The notes under the pieces: generated by a model | What the model was told of the DNA's origin: nothing | The model's input: only the letters and a program-made list of their open reading frames with translations | Databases searched by the model: none | NCBI GenBank assembly: GCA_044225365.1 | Contig: JBGAIQ010000005.1 | Coordinates: forward strand, 1-64,000 | Reading direction: 5' to 3' | DNA length: 64,000 nt | Source of the DNA: Planctomycetota bacterium | GTDB lineage: Bacteria; Planctomycetota; B15-G4; JADJEK01 | Translations under genes and position numbers: made by a program | Shown here: one piece after another, positions 39,504 through 49,858 of the stretch | Layout: every line of letters starts with the position of its first letter | Position numbering within the stretch: position 1 is the first letter of the stretch

Positions 39504-40552
39504 CTCGACGATTCACGAGAGCCCCTTGGATCGTCGCGCTCCTCGCGTCCGCGTTCGCCTGCTCGCGCGACGACGGACGCACGCCCCTCGTCGTCTACTC
39601 GCCGCACGGCGAGGACATCCTGCGCGAGTTCGAGAAGATGTTCGAGGCTGCGCATCCCGACGTCGACGTCCGCGCGCTGAACCAGCCCGCGCAGTCGTGC
39701 TTCACCCGGATCCGCGGCGAGCGCGAGAATCCGAGTTGCGACGTCTGGTGGGGTGCGCCCGCGACGACCTTCGCACGCGCGGCCGACGAGGACCTCCTCG
39801 AGAGCTACGAACCGTCGTTCGCCGCCGCGATCCCGGAGGATTCGCGCGATTCGAAGTGGCGCTACAGCGGTCAATTCGTGATCCCGCAGGTGATCCTGTA
39901 CAACAAGGACCGCCTGAAGCCGGAGCAGGTCCCAACGCACTGGGACGACCTCGCGGCCCCTGGATGGCACGGCCGGATCATCCTACGCGCACCGATGGAC
40001 TCGGGCGGGATGCGGACGTCCTTCTCCTGGTTCATCACCTGGAAGTCCGGTCCCGCGACGGCTTCGTTCGAGCCCGGCTTCGACTTCCTGTCGAAGATCA
40101 GCCGGAACACGAAGAAGCTGACCGCCAATCCGCAGGAACTCTTCGAAGCGGTGACCAAGGACCCCGACGACGTCGTGTCGATCTGGAACATCACCGACGC
40201 GATCTTCCAGCGCGACCACTATCACTATCCGTTCGGCTTCTCGATCCCGAGCGAGGGCGTCCCGCTCGTGATCGACGCGATCGCTCTCGTGAAGAACCCC
40301 GGCCGCGATGCGAAACGCGAGGCCGCGGCGCGAGCCTTCTACGAGTTCGTGAACACTCTCGAGAGCAGCGAGTACCTCGCGAAGAATCACGGGCGACTGC
40401 CGGTGCGCAAGGACTTCGACGAACAGAAGCGCCCGATCGATCTACGGGGTCTGACGTTCAAGGCGCTCCCGATCGATCGCCAGGTCGCTGCTTCGCACGA
40501 AGACGAATGGATGCGCCGTTGGGACGAGCAGATCAAGTCGCTCGCGAAGTGA
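39500..40552 (+). CDS. ABC substrate-binding lipoprotein, Fe3+/thiamine/polyamine-type
   Basis: Lipobox AFAC; LVVYSPH, E.ENP.CDVWWG and P..WDDL. Confidence 0.85.
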   Translation: MTRRFTRAPWIVALLASAFACSRDDGRTPLVVYSPHGEDILREFEKMFEAAHPDVDVRALNQPAQSCFTRIRGERENPSCDVWWGAPATTFARAADEDLLESYEPSFAAAIPEDSRDSKWRYSGQFVIPQVILYNKDRLKPEQVPTHWDDLAAPGWHGRIILRAPMDSGGMRTSFSWFITWKSGPATASFEPGFDFLSKISRNTKKLTANPQELFEAVTKDPDDVVSIWNITDAIFQRDHYHYPFGFSIPSEGVPLVIDAIALVKNPGRDAKREAAARAFYEFVNTLESSEYLAKNHGRLPVRKDFDEQKRPIDLRGLTFKALPIDRQVAASHEDEWMRRWDEQIKSLAK

Positions 40553-40559
40553 TCGATCG

Positions 40560-42221
40560 ATGAATTCGCGACGCGCCGCATTCTCCGCTGCGTTCGCCGC
40601 GCTGATCCTCGGCGTCCTCGTGCTGTGGCCTTCGCTCCAGGCGGTTCTCGATTCGCTCGGCGAGCCCGGAAGGCGATCGCTCGCGGTATGGCGCGCGCTC
40701 TTCGACCCGCAACACCCCGCCGCCCTCCGGGCGTTGTGGAACTCGACCTGGACCTCGCTCGCTTCGGTCGTCCTCGCCGGGATCCTCGGGACGGCCCTCG
40801 CGATTGCGGTGGCGCGAGTCCGATTCCCACTGCGCGGCACGCTCGCGGCGCTCTCCGTCCTGCCCCTGCTCCTGCCTCCGATCGTCGGCGTCTTGACGTT
40901 CAAGCAGTTCCTGTACGGCGAGTACGGCCTCGTTCCCCTGATCCTGAAGCGAACGCTCGGTATCGAAGCGCATCTCGACGGATACCTCGGCGTCCTCGCG
41001 CTCCACACGTATTCGTTCTTCCCGTTCTTCTTCCTGTTCGTCGCCGCGGGACAGAAGCGAGTCGACCCCGCGCTCGAGCAAGCCGCGGTCAGTCTCGGCG
41101 CCTCGCGTGTCACGATCCTCCGCCGGGTCCTGCTGCCGATCCTGATGCCATCGCTCATCGGCGCCGCGGTACTCGTCCTGCTCAATTCGATGGGCTCGTT
41201 CTCGGCTCCTCTGTTCTTCGCGCCATCCGAGGAGTTCCTGACCCTTCGCATCTACAACTCGCGCGAGGCCGATCCCGCGGGCGCCGCCGCGCTCGCCACG
41301 CTGCTCGCGATCGCGGCGTTCGTCCTCCTCGTTCCATTGCGGGCCCTCGAGAATCGCTCGCGAGCCGAATCGGCGAGCAAGGGATCGTCGATGCTGGCGG
41401 AGCCCCCATTCGGCGCTCTCGGCCGCACCGTGCTCTTCGGCGTCGCGCTCGCTCTCGTGCTGTTCCTGCTGCTGCCGCATCTCTCGATCGTCGTCCTCTC
41501 GTTCGCGGCCGACACCAACGCCAAAGCAAGCGCCGTCCCGACCGAATTCACGCTCGACCACTGGAAGCGGATCTTCGAGGACGACGCGTTCACCCGACCG
41601 CTGCAGAATTCCACGTGGATGGCGGGGATCGCGGCGATCGTCGACGTGGCCCTCGGTCTCTTCGTCGCCGTATTGCTCGCGAACCGCCGAACGCCCGCGC
41701 GCGGACTCATCGAACTCCTCGCGCTCCTGCCGATGGCGCTCCCAGCAACCGTGCTCGCCTTCAACCTGGTACGAGCTTTCGGCGCCGCCTCGCCCCTCAC
41801 GCTCGGCCATGCCCTCGCCGGAACGGTCTTCTTGCTGCCCCTCGCATATCTCGTTCGCAATCTGCCCATCGCATTGCGCGCGACGCAGTCGGCCCTCGCG
41901 ACGGTCGACACCAGCCTCGTCGACGCGGCGACGTCGCTCGGCGCGTCGCGGAGCGTGGCCTTCACGAGGATCGTGCTTCCCCTCGTCGCACCGGGCGTCC
42001 TGTCCGGCGCGCTTCTCTGCTTCCTCTCCGGGCTCACGGAATTCGTGGCCTCGATCCTGCTCTATATCCCCGAGAATCTCCCGATCGCGGTCGAGATCTT
42101 CAACCGCCAATACAATCGCGCCCTCGGCGAACCCGCCGCGCTCTCGGTCCTGTTGCTCCTCACGCAAGCCCTCGTGTTGCTGTTCGCGAATCGATTCCTG
42201 AAGGTCGAGAAGGTCGCGTAG
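40560..42221 (+). CDS. ABC permease with duplicated domain (FbpB/AfuB-like)
   Basis: Two EAA motifs: LEQAAVSLGAS and LVDAATSLGAS. Confidence 0.88.
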   Translation: MNSRRAAFSAAFAALILGVLVLWPSLQAVLDSLGEPGRRSLAVWRALFDPQHPAALRALWNSTWTSLASVVLAGILGTALAIAVARVRFPLRGTLAALSVLPLLLPPIVGVLTFKQFLYGEYGLVPLILKRTLGIEAHLDGYLGVLALHTYSFFPFFFLFVAAGQKRVDPALEQAAVSLGASRVTILRRVLLPILMPSLIGAAVLVLLNSMGSFSAPLFFAPSEEFLTLRIYNSREADPAGAAALATLLAIAAFVLLVPLRALENRSRAESASKGSSMLAEPPFGALGRTVLFGVALALVLFLLLPHLSIVVLSFAADTNAKASAVPTEFTLDHWKRIFEDDAFTRPLQNSTWMAGIAAIVDVALGLFVAVLLANRRTPARGLIELLALLPMALPATVLAFNLVRAFGAASPLTLGHALAGTVFLLPLAYLVRNLPIALRATQSALATVDTSLVDAATSLGASRSVAFTRIVLPLVAPGVLSGALLCFLSGLTEFVASILLYIPENLPIAVEIFNRQYNRALGEPAALSVLLLLTQALVLLFANRFLKVEKVA

Positions 42222-42246
42222 GAATCGTCGGCGTCCCCACCATCGC

Positions 42247-42918
42247 ATGCCTACCACGCTCGACATCACATTGCTGTCCCTCCGCGTCGCGCTCGTCTCG
42301 ACGCTGTGGATCGCCGTGCCCGGAGTCGCGATGGGGTATCTGCTCGCGCGCGGGCGGTTTCGCGGCAAGGCTCTGGTGCAGGCCCTCATCGCCCTGCCGA
42401 TGGTCCTGCCGCCGGTCGCCATCGGCCTCCTTCTGCTGCGGCTCCTCGCGCGCGATTCGTTCGTCGGAGACTTCCTGGCAGGGATCGGGATGGGCTCGCT
42501 GCTGCTCACCTGGAAGGCCGCCGCGATCGCCTCGGCCGTGATGGCGTTCCCGCTGCTCGTGATCGGCGCGCGGCAGGGATTCGAGAGCGTGCCAAGGAGG
42601 ATCGAGCAGGTCGCGGAGACGCTCGGGATCTCACGGCGAACGACCTTCTTTCGCGTGACAATGCCGCTCGCGCTCCGCGGGATCCTGTATGGACTCGTGC
42701 TCGCGTTCGCACGGGCGCTCGGCGAGTTCGGAGCAACCTCGATCGTGGCGGGCCACATCCCCGGCGAGACCGAAACCCTCTCCCTCGCGATCCATTCCCG
42801 GATCGAGAACTTCGACGATGCGGGCGCGTGGCGGCTCTCCGTCGTCGCGCTGGTGCTCGCGCTCCTGTTCACCTCGTTTGCCGAGTACGTGCTCCGCCGC
42901 AAGGACGATCCCCGATGA
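42247..42918 (+). CDS. modB: Molybdate ABC permease
   Basis: LPMVLPPVAIG and FARALGEFGAT...AGHIPGETETL. Confidence 0.9.
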   Translation: MPTTLDITLLSLRVALVSTLWIAVPGVAMGYLLARGRFRGKALVQALIALPMVLPPVAIGLLLLRLLARDSFVGDFLAGIGMGSLLLTWKAAAIASAVMAFPLLVIGARQGFESVPRRIEQVAETLGISRRTTFFRVTMPLALRGILYGLVLAFARALGEFGATSIVAGHIPGETETLSLAIHSRIENFDDAGAWRLSVVALVLALLFTSFAEYVLRRKDDPR

Positions 42919-44003
42919 CGGCGCGACACGCGATTCATCTGCGCTGCGCGATTCCGGGTTTTGCCCTCTCCGCGCAAGCCGAATGGAGAAGCGACGCCGC
43001 GGCGCTGTTCGGACCGAGCGGGAGCGGAAAGTCGACGATCCTCGAAGCGATCGCGGGTGTGCGCCACGACGTCGAAGGCGACGTGCGGCTCTGCGGGCGC
43101 GCGCTTCACGGCCTGCCGGCGCGCGATCGTAGGATCGGCTGGGTGCCGCAGGACGGCGCGCTCTTCCCCCACCTCCGAGTGCGCGAGAACCTCGAACTCG
43201 CGAGCCGCGCCCGTGGCGATGCCGGGGCGATCGCTCGCGCGGTCGACGCTCTCGAGATCGACTCCCTGCTCGATCGTCGCGCTCGCGAGCTGTCGGGAGG
43301 CGAGCGCCAGAGGGTCGCGATCGCCCGCGCGCTCGCTTCGAGACCCGACTTCCTGCTGCTCGACGAACCACTCGCAGCGATCGATCGGCCACTACGAACC
43401 CGCATCGTCCCGTTCTTGCAGCGCCTGCGAAAGGACCTTGCGATCCCTTTCCTGCTCGTCACTCACGATCCGCTCGAAGTCATGGAACTCGTCGACGAAG
43501 TGCTCGTGCTGTCGAGCGGCGACATCGCCGCGCAAGGCCCTCCCGCGAGCATCTTCGCTTCCGCGTCGGAGTTCGCGCCGCTCCACGCTCTCGGCGCGGA
43601 GAACGTCTACGACATCGAATGCGTCGAGTCCGGGGTCGTCGAAGAAGCCCGAACGGATCGACCTGGATCCGCCAGCTCCCTCGTCGTTCGTACGCGCGGT
43701 GGCCTCGAACTCACGCTCGCCCACGTGCCAGGCTTTCCGATTCCCACTCGCGTCGCGCTTCGAGCCGAAGACGTCCTGCTCGCTGCAGAAGTGCCCCGCG
43801 CGATCTCGGCTCAGAACGTGATTGCCGCGCGCGTCGCTGCGGTGACCGAGGTCCGAGGAGCTCGCCTCGTCGAACTCGCTGTCGGATCCTCCGGCGAGCG
43901 CATGCTCGCGAAGATCACAGCCGCCGCCGAACGACGCCTCGCGATCGTCCCTGGCGCCGACGTCTGCGTGGTGCTGAAGGCGCACGCGGTGCATCCGCTC
44001 TGA
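42915..44003 (+). CDS. modC: Molybdate ABC ATPase with TOBE domain
   Basis: GPSGSGKS, LFPHL, LSGGERQRVA, LLDEP, and C-terminal ISAQN...LKAHAV. Confidence 0.9.
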   Translation: MTARHAIHLRCAIPGFALSAQAEWRSDAAALFGPSGSGKSTILEAIAGVRHDVEGDVRLCGRALHGLPARDRRIGWVPQDGALFPHLRVRENLELASRARGDAGAIARAVDALEIDSLLDRRARELSGGERQRVAIARALASRPDFLLLDEPLAAIDRPLRTRIVPFLQRLRKDLAIPFLLVTHDPLEVMELVDEVLVLSSGDIAAQGPPASIFASASEFAPLHALGAENVYDIECVESGVVEEARTDRPGSASSLVVRTRGGLELTLAHVPGFPIPTRVALRAEDVLLAAEVPRAISAQNVIAARVAAVTEVRGARLVELAVGSSGERMLAKITAAAERRLAIVPGADVCVVLKAHAVHPL

Positions 44004-44338
44004 GTCCCGTCGCGTCGATGTTCCGTGAAAAGACGATTACATCGTCCGTTTTTCTCGGAGCCGACTCCGCTCGATTCCCCGATTCCTGACGAGATCATGC
44101 GGAGGGATTCCGCGACGCCACGATCGAGAATTGGGAATCTCGCGCGCCCCGATTCGACCCTTTCCACTCGCCTGCGTCGAGTCGAGCCCATCGCTCATGT
44201 CTTTCGGGCAGGAGTTCCCGAAAACGCTCGATCGCGAGCCACCGCCGCGAGCCTGAGGCGTTTCGCACGGGATTTGCGGCCGAAGGACTCGACCTGTCCC
44301 GCCCTTGTCATCTTCCACCGGTCAAGGAATCGCTCGTG

Positions 44339-46750
44339 ATGCAACCCGACAACAGGCCTGATCCGATTCCGTCTCGACGCGCGCGCTGGCTCCGCGGTGC
44401 GATCGAGTCCGTTCCGATCCTCGCTGGTGCAGGCTTCCTGCTCGCTGCGATCCACTCGAGTACGGCGGCGGCCGATCCGCCGGCTCCGCCGGTCGCGGCC
44501 ACCTCGACGCGGGTCATTGCGTGGAACGATCTCGGCATGCACTGCATGGATCCCGGCTACTCCGTCTTCGCGCTCCTGCCGCCCTTCAACGACTTCAAGT
44601 CGGCGCTCATCGTGAACGGCAAGCTGCAGAAGGCTGGCAATCCGTATCAGGTCTCGTATCGCGGGACTGCGTCGGCCACGGGCCAGTTGAACACGAGTTC
44701 GATCGGCAAGACCGACTTCTGGGATCACGTCCAGTCGATCTTCGGTGTGGCGCTGCCGCCCGACCACGGACTGGCGGGTCACGACATGCCGGGTCCGTTG
44801 AACACGCCGCAGCCGATGAGCTTCGACGGGACGTGGAACTGGTTCGCCGCCGACGGCGTCCCGATCACTCCGTACGACGACACGACGAAGGCGAACAACA
44901 CGTATCCGCTGCTCGAAGCCATCGCGAAGGACGCCAACGGCACGACGATCGCCTCGACGTCGAACGTCGTTCCCGTCTCCGACGAGATGGACTGCAGCCA
45001 TTGCCACGCATCGGCCGCCAGTCCCTACGCAAAGCCGCTGAAGGGATGGGTCTTCGCGAGCAACACGATCGAGGACTATCGCCTCAACATCCTGCGTCTG
45101 CATGACGAGAAGCAGGCGGGCAACGCGGCGTTCGCGAGTGCTCTCGCCGCGAAGGGCATGAATCCGCTCGGACTCGAGGCGACGGTGACGCAGGACGGTC
45201 ATCCGATGCTGTGCGCCGCGTGTCATGCGAGCAATGCGTTGCCGGGCTCCGGCATCGCCGGGATCTCCCGCCTCACGTCGGCGCTCCACCTGAAGCACGC
45301 GAACGTCGTCGACACGACGGGCAAGACGCTCGATTCCGACACCAATCGCAGCGCCTGCTACGAGTGTCACCCTGGCTCCGTGACGCGCTGCCTGCGCGGC
45401 GCGATGGGCAGCGCCGTGGCAAAGGACGGCACCCTCGAGATGCAGTGCCAGAACTGCCACGGATCGATGAGCAAGGTTGGTGATCCGGCGCGACTCGGCT
45501 GGCTCGACGAACCGAGCTGCCAGCAGTGCCATACCGGTACCGCAACGCAGAACTCCGGGCAGATCCGATTCACCTCGGTCTACGACGCCAACGGGAATCC
45601 GCACGTTCCGGCGAACCTCACCTTCGCGACCGACGCGAACGTGCCGGCCACGGGCTTCGATCTCTATCGCTTCTCCGACGGCCACGGCTCGCTGCAGTGC
45701 GAGGCGTGCCACGGCTCGACGCACGCGGAGTACCCGTCGTCGGAGCCGAAGGACAATCAGCAGAGCATCGCGGCGCAAGGACACACCGGCATGCTCGTCG
45801 AGTGCCAGAGCTGTCACGGCACGGTCCCGTTCACCGTGAACGGCGGACCGCACGGCATGCACTCGATCGGACAATCCTGGGTGAACCAGCACGGCGACAT
45901 CGCCGAGACGCAGGGCACTTCGCAGTGCCGCACCTGCCATGGCACGGACTATCGCGGAACGGTCCTCTCCTATGCGCAGGACAACCGAACGTTCTCGACG
46001 GTATTCGGCACCAAGAGCTTCTTCAATGGTGCGCAGGTCGGCTGCTTCCACTGCCACAACGGCCCGGGCAGTGCAGATCCCATCAACAATGCGGCACCTG
46101 TCGTCACCAACAAGAATGTCGCGACCCCGAACGACACGACGCTCACGGTGAACCTCGCCGGCACCGACGCCAACAACGATCCGCTCACCTATCGCATCGT
46201 CGAGCAGCCCTCGCACGGTACGGTCGGGATCGCGGGCGCCGTGGCGACCTACTTCCCCGAGCCAGGTTTCGTGGGCACGACGACCTTCACGTTCGCCGCG
46301 TGGGACAACAAGACGAACTCCAACCTTGGAACCGTCACCGTCACGTCGAACGGTCCGAGCTGCCTCGGCGCCTCGAAGCGTTACGGCTTCGGTTGCGCGG
46401 GCACGGGCGGCGTCCTGCCGCAGCTCGACGTCACGGGCTGCCCGACACCGGGCAGCACGATCACCGTCGCGCTCACGAAGGGACTGCCAGGCGCGACTTC
46501 GATCGTCTTCGTCGGCGCAGGTCAGGGCGCGACAACGCTCCCCGCTGGATGCGTCCTGCGCGTGTTCCCGCTCCTGCCGTTCTCCTTCGCGATCCCCTTG
46601 AGCTCGGGAGTCGGCGGCGGAGCGTTCTCCCTCCCCGTGACGATTCCGCCCGCTACCACGGGCACTGCGACCCTCCAAGCGTTCGTCGTCGACCCGGGAG
46701 TGTGGCAAGGCTTCTCGGCGACGAACGGCGTCCAAGTGGACATCCACTGA
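44339..46750 (+). CDS. Secreted 9-heme cytochrome c with Ig/cadherin-like domain and shared C-terminal domain
   Basis: Nine CxxCH motifs (CSHCH, CAACH, CYECH, CQNCH, CQQCH, CEACH, CQSCH, CRTCH, CFHCH); N-terminal WNDLGMHC; NAAPV...DANNDPLTY...PSHGTV...FTFAAWD. Confidence 0.9.
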   Translation: MQPDNRPDPIPSRRARWLRGAIESVPILAGAGFLLAAIHSSTAAADPPAPPVAATSTRVIAWNDLGMHCMDPGYSVFALLPPFNDFKSALIVNGKLQKAGNPYQVSYRGTASATGQLNTSSIGKTDFWDHVQSIFGVALPPDHGLAGHDMPGPLNTPQPMSFDGTWNWFAADGVPITPYDDTTKANNTYPLLEAIAKDANGTTIASTSNVVPVSDEMDCSHCHASAASPYAKPLKGWVFASNTIEDYRLNILRLHDEKQAGNAAFASALAAKGMNPLGLEATVTQDGHPMLCAACHASNALPGSGIAGISRLTSALHLKHANVVDTTGKTLDSDTNRSACYECHPGSVTRCLRGAMGSAVAKDGTLEMQCQNCHGSMSKVGDPARLGWLDEPSCQQCHTGTATQNSGQIRFTSVYDANGNPHVPANLTFATDANVPATGFDLYRFSDGHGSLQCEACHGSTHAEYPSSEPKDNQQSIAAQGHTGMLVECQSCHGTVPFTVNGGPHGMHSIGQSWVNQHGDIAETQGTSQCRTCHGTDYRGTVLSYAQDNRTFSTVFGTKSFFNGAQVGCFHCHNGPGSADPINNAAPVVTNKNVATPNDTTLTVNLAGTDANNDPLTYRIVEQPSHGTVGIAGAVATYFPEPGFVGTTTFTFAAWDNKTNSNLGTVTVTSNGPSCLGASKRYGFGCAGTGGVLPQLDVTGCPTPGSTITVALTKGLPGATSIVFVGAGQGATTLPAGCVLRVFPLLPFSFAIPLSSGVGGGAFSLPVTIPPATTGTATLQAFVVDPGVWQGFSATNGVQVDIH

Positions 46751-46777
46751 CCCCGTTTCTCATTTCCGGTCCGACCT

Positions 46778-46817
46778 CGCGCGCCGCGCTCCCTGAACGA
46801 TGGGATCGCGGCGCGCG
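46778..46817. terminator. Hairpin between convergent genes
   Basis: CGCGCGCCGCG / CGCGGCGCGCG stem. Confidence 0.5.
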
Positions 46818-46846
46818 TCTTTCGTATTCCGGTCGTTCGTGTCGTG

Positions 46847-49546
46847 TCAATTCCCGTCGTTTTCCAGCTTCGTCGCGAGTTCCGGCCGCCCGGTCGCCCG
46901 ATAGACCGCGGCGAGGTCCTTCATGATCGCCGCTCGCAGCTCCTTGGCGTCGGATGAGACGTCCTTCTGCGCGCGTGTCAGCTCGCGTTCCGCCGCTTCC
47001 CAATCGCGACGGCGGACGTGGATCTTCCCGAGCGCGCAATGCGCCGCGGCGTTGCCCGCGTCGTCCTGCGGTCGCGCGTCGATACTCGCCTGCAGGTCCA
47101 GGAGCGCGTGGTCGTCGTCCTTCGCATCCGCGCGGGCGAGCCCGAGCTCGTAGCGCGTGGCGGCGAGAGTGGGATGGTCCTTGGGAAGTGCGATCGTTCG
47201 GATGCGAAGCACTTCCACCCAGTCGGCGACCGCGTCCTCGTACTCTCCGCGCAGACGATGCAGTGCCGCTCGCTGCGAGATCGTGTCGGCGGTGCGCGGA
47301 TGGTCCGCGTGGAATTGCTTCGTCGCGGCGACGACGGCTTCGTCGAGCGCAGCCTTTGCGCCAGCGAGATCCTTCTGCGCGAGCGCGACCTGGGCGAGTC
47401 GAGGCAGCAGGATTGCGAGCGCTTCGGCGCCGGCGCCGCGCAGCTTGCGCATCCCTTCGATCGCGCGTTCGAAGTCGGCGCGAGCCGCGGGGAGGTCGCC
47501 GTCCTTCAGCTCGATCGAGCCGCGGTTCGCGAGACATTGGAGCGTGAGGTAGGCGTCGTCGCCGAGGATGCGTCGCCGCAGGTCGTAGGCGATGTCCAGG
47601 TTCTCCCTCGCTTCCTTCGTCATCCCCAGTCGGAGGAGCGCGGCGCCGAGGTTGTTCCGACTCTCCGCGACGCTGAGCGAACCAGGGAACTCCTTCTCGC
47701 GGATCGCGAGCGCGTCGCGATGCAGCTCGTAGGCGGCCTTGAAATCCCCGCAGGCGGCGGTCGCCGCGGCGAGATCGTTCATGGCGCGGGCGATGTCCGA
47801 ATGGACCTCGCGAGGATGGAGACGATGGATGCGCAGCGCTTGCGCGAGGGTGTCGCGCGCGGCGACCGCGTTCCCTTCTTCGAGTTCGAGGGCGCCGAGA
47901 TTGCCGAGGCTGAGCGCGTGCTCGAGGTGATCGTCTCCGAAGAACCCCACGCGGATCTCGAGGGCTTCCTCGATGAGAGCCTTCGCCTCGTCGCGCAATC
48001 CGACGTGGCGCGCCGCGGTGCCGAGGGCGTCGATGAGGTTTGCGAGGACGTGGGGATCCGTTGCGTACTTCTTGCGAACGTCCGTCGCCTGCTGGAGCAG
48101 TCGTTCACGAACGCGATCGCGAAGCTGTGGCTCTTCGTAGAAGTCCGCCTTCAGGAAGACGTCGGTGAGCGCGTCCGTGACCTGGGCCGACGACTCGGCC
48201 TCGATCGATGCGTGGTTCGCTTGGTCGATGGCCACCTTCCGCGCCCTTTCGGCATCGTCTCGCTCGCGCGTCGCGCTTCGCGCGAACGAGAGGCTGACGA
48301 TCGTGCCGCCGAGGAGCGAGGCCATGAGTGCGATCCCGAGCGACGTCGCAACGCGATGTCGGCTGGCGAAACGCTCGATGCGATACCACGTCGAAGGGGG
48401 CCGCGCGACCACCGGAAAGCCGTCGAGATGACGACGCACATCGGCGGCGAATTCGAGACAACTTCGATATCGCCGCGCTGGTTCCGATTCGAGCGCCATC
48501 CCGACGATCCGATCGAGATCGCCGAGAAGCGAGCGAGCGAGCTTCTCCGGCGTCAGACCGCGCGCCGCCGCGCGAGCCACGATCTTCTCTCGCTCGGTCG
48601 CGGGCGACAGTACTCGCGCGCTCGGCGGAACGAGGAGTGTGCTCGCATCGGCGCCGTTCGCGATCGCGCGGATCTCGCCCTGGGAGAACGGACGGGTGCC
48701 GGTGAGGAGTTCGTGGAGCACGACGCCTAGCGACCAGACGTCGCTAGCGATGCCGACGGCGCCGCCGCGCATCTGTTCGGGGCTGGCGTATTCCGGTGTG
48801 TATGCCGCGGGATTCGTGCCCGTCGGCGGCTTCACCGTCTCGCCGGGTTCGCCCTCGCCCTCTCGCAACAGCGCCGCCACACCGAAGTCGACGATTCGCG
48901 GTTCACCGTCGCGAGTCACGAGGATATTGCTCGGCTTGAGATCACGGTGGAGCACGAGGCTTCGATGCGCGTGATCCGCTGCGAGGCAGATCGTCTCGAA
49001 CAGACCGAGTCGCTCGCGTAACGTGAGCCGCCGCTCGTCGCAGAAGCGATCGAGATGCTCCCCGTCGACGAGTTCCATCACGATGTACGGAACGCCGTCG
49101 GCCGTCGCACCGCCGTCGAGGAGGCGTGCGATGTTCTTGTGCTCGATCCGCCCGAGGAGGCGTGGCTCGCGCAGGAAACGCCTCCGCATCGTGTCGGAGA
49201 GCAGCCCGACGTGGAGCAGCTTCACCGCGACGGGTCGCGGGATCGACCCGTCCGCGCGCATGGCGCGGTAGACCGAGCCCATGCCGCCCTCGGCGATCTT
49301 GCTCTCGAGGCGCCAATTACCGAACGTGGCGCCGACGAATGGATCGACCTGGATGCTGGGGATCGCCGTGCCGTCGACGACTCCGTTCTCGATCCGATCG
49401 GCCTCGAGCATTCGCTCGACCTGCGCTCGCAGAGTCGAATCGTCGCCGCAGCTCGACGCCACGAATTCATCGCGTTCCGCAGCGGGACGCGCCAGCGCCG
49501 CTTCGAAGAGCTGCTCGATCCTGCGCCAGCGTTCCGCGGTCCACAT
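46847..49546 (-). CDS. Hanks-type Ser/Thr protein kinase with TM helix and TPR repeats
   Basis: GGMGSVY, VAVK, HRDLKPSN, DFG and TPEYASPEQ; C-terminal TPRs. Confidence 0.95.
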   Translation of the reverse strand: MWTAERWRRIEQLFEAALARPAAERDEFVASSCGDDSTLRAQVERMLEADRIENGVVDGTAIPSIQVDPFVGATFGNWRLESKIAEGGMGSVYRAMRADGSIPRPVAVKLLHVGLLSDTMRRRFLREPRLLGRIEHKNIARLLDGGATADGVPYIVMELVDGEHLDRFCDERRLTLRERLGLFETICLAADHAHRSLVLHRDLKPSNILVTRDGEPRIVDFGVAALLREGEGEPGETVKPPTGTNPAAYTPEYASPEQMRGGAVGIASDVWSLGVVLHELLTGTRPFSQGEIRAIANGADASTLLVPPSARVLSPATEREKIVARAAARGLTPEKLARSLLGDLDRIVGMALESEPARRYRSCLEFAADVRRHLDGFPVVARPPSTWYRIERFASRHRVATSLGIALMASLLGGTIVSLSFARSATRERDDAERARKVAIDQANHASIEAESSAQVTDALTDVFLKADFYEEPQLRDRVRERLLQQATDVRKKYATDPHVLANLIDALGTAARHVGLRDEAKALIEEALEIRVGFFGDDHLEHALSLGNLGALELEEGNAVAARDTLAQALRIHRLHPREVHSDIARAMNDLAAATAACGDFKAAYELHRDALAIREKEFPGSLSVAESRNNLGAALLRLGMTKEARENLDIAYDLRRRILGDDAYLTLQCLANRGSIELKDGDLPAARADFERAIEGMRKLRGAGAEALAILLPRLAQVALAQKDLAGAKAALDEAVVAATKQFHADHPRTADTISQRAALHRLRGEYEDAVADWVEVLRIRTIALPKDHPTLAATRYELGLARADAKDDDHALLDLQASIDARPQDDAGNAAAHCALGKIHVRRRDWEAAERELTRAQKDVSSDAKELRAAIMKDLAAVYRATGRPELATKLENDGN

Positions 49547-49858
49547 GTTCCGTCGTCTCTCTACAGCAGATCCCGATCGTAGCGCCGGCGCTCGCCCGTT
49601 CGAAGCGACCGCGACTCACGACGGCGGGTCCATCCTTCATGCATGCATGCGCCGAACGGCCTCCCATCCTGCCAATTTCGCCCGTTTCTCTCCCCGAAGG
49701 TCCGGATCGAAAATTCTTGGCAGCTCGTCGATCGGGAAATCGCATGCACTCGCACACGCCGTTGGAAGCGCCCCGCCCGCGATTCCACGCACTCCCGACC
49801 GGCCCGCCGCGACGACGCTTCGATCGACCGCGGGCGAAAGCAAGTGAGGACTCACGTC

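Noticed and set aside
44339-44470. Tat signal (SRRAR) on the multiheme cytochrome
   Set aside because: Lacks the RRxFLK consensus, and c-type cytochromes are normally Sec-exported before heme attachment.
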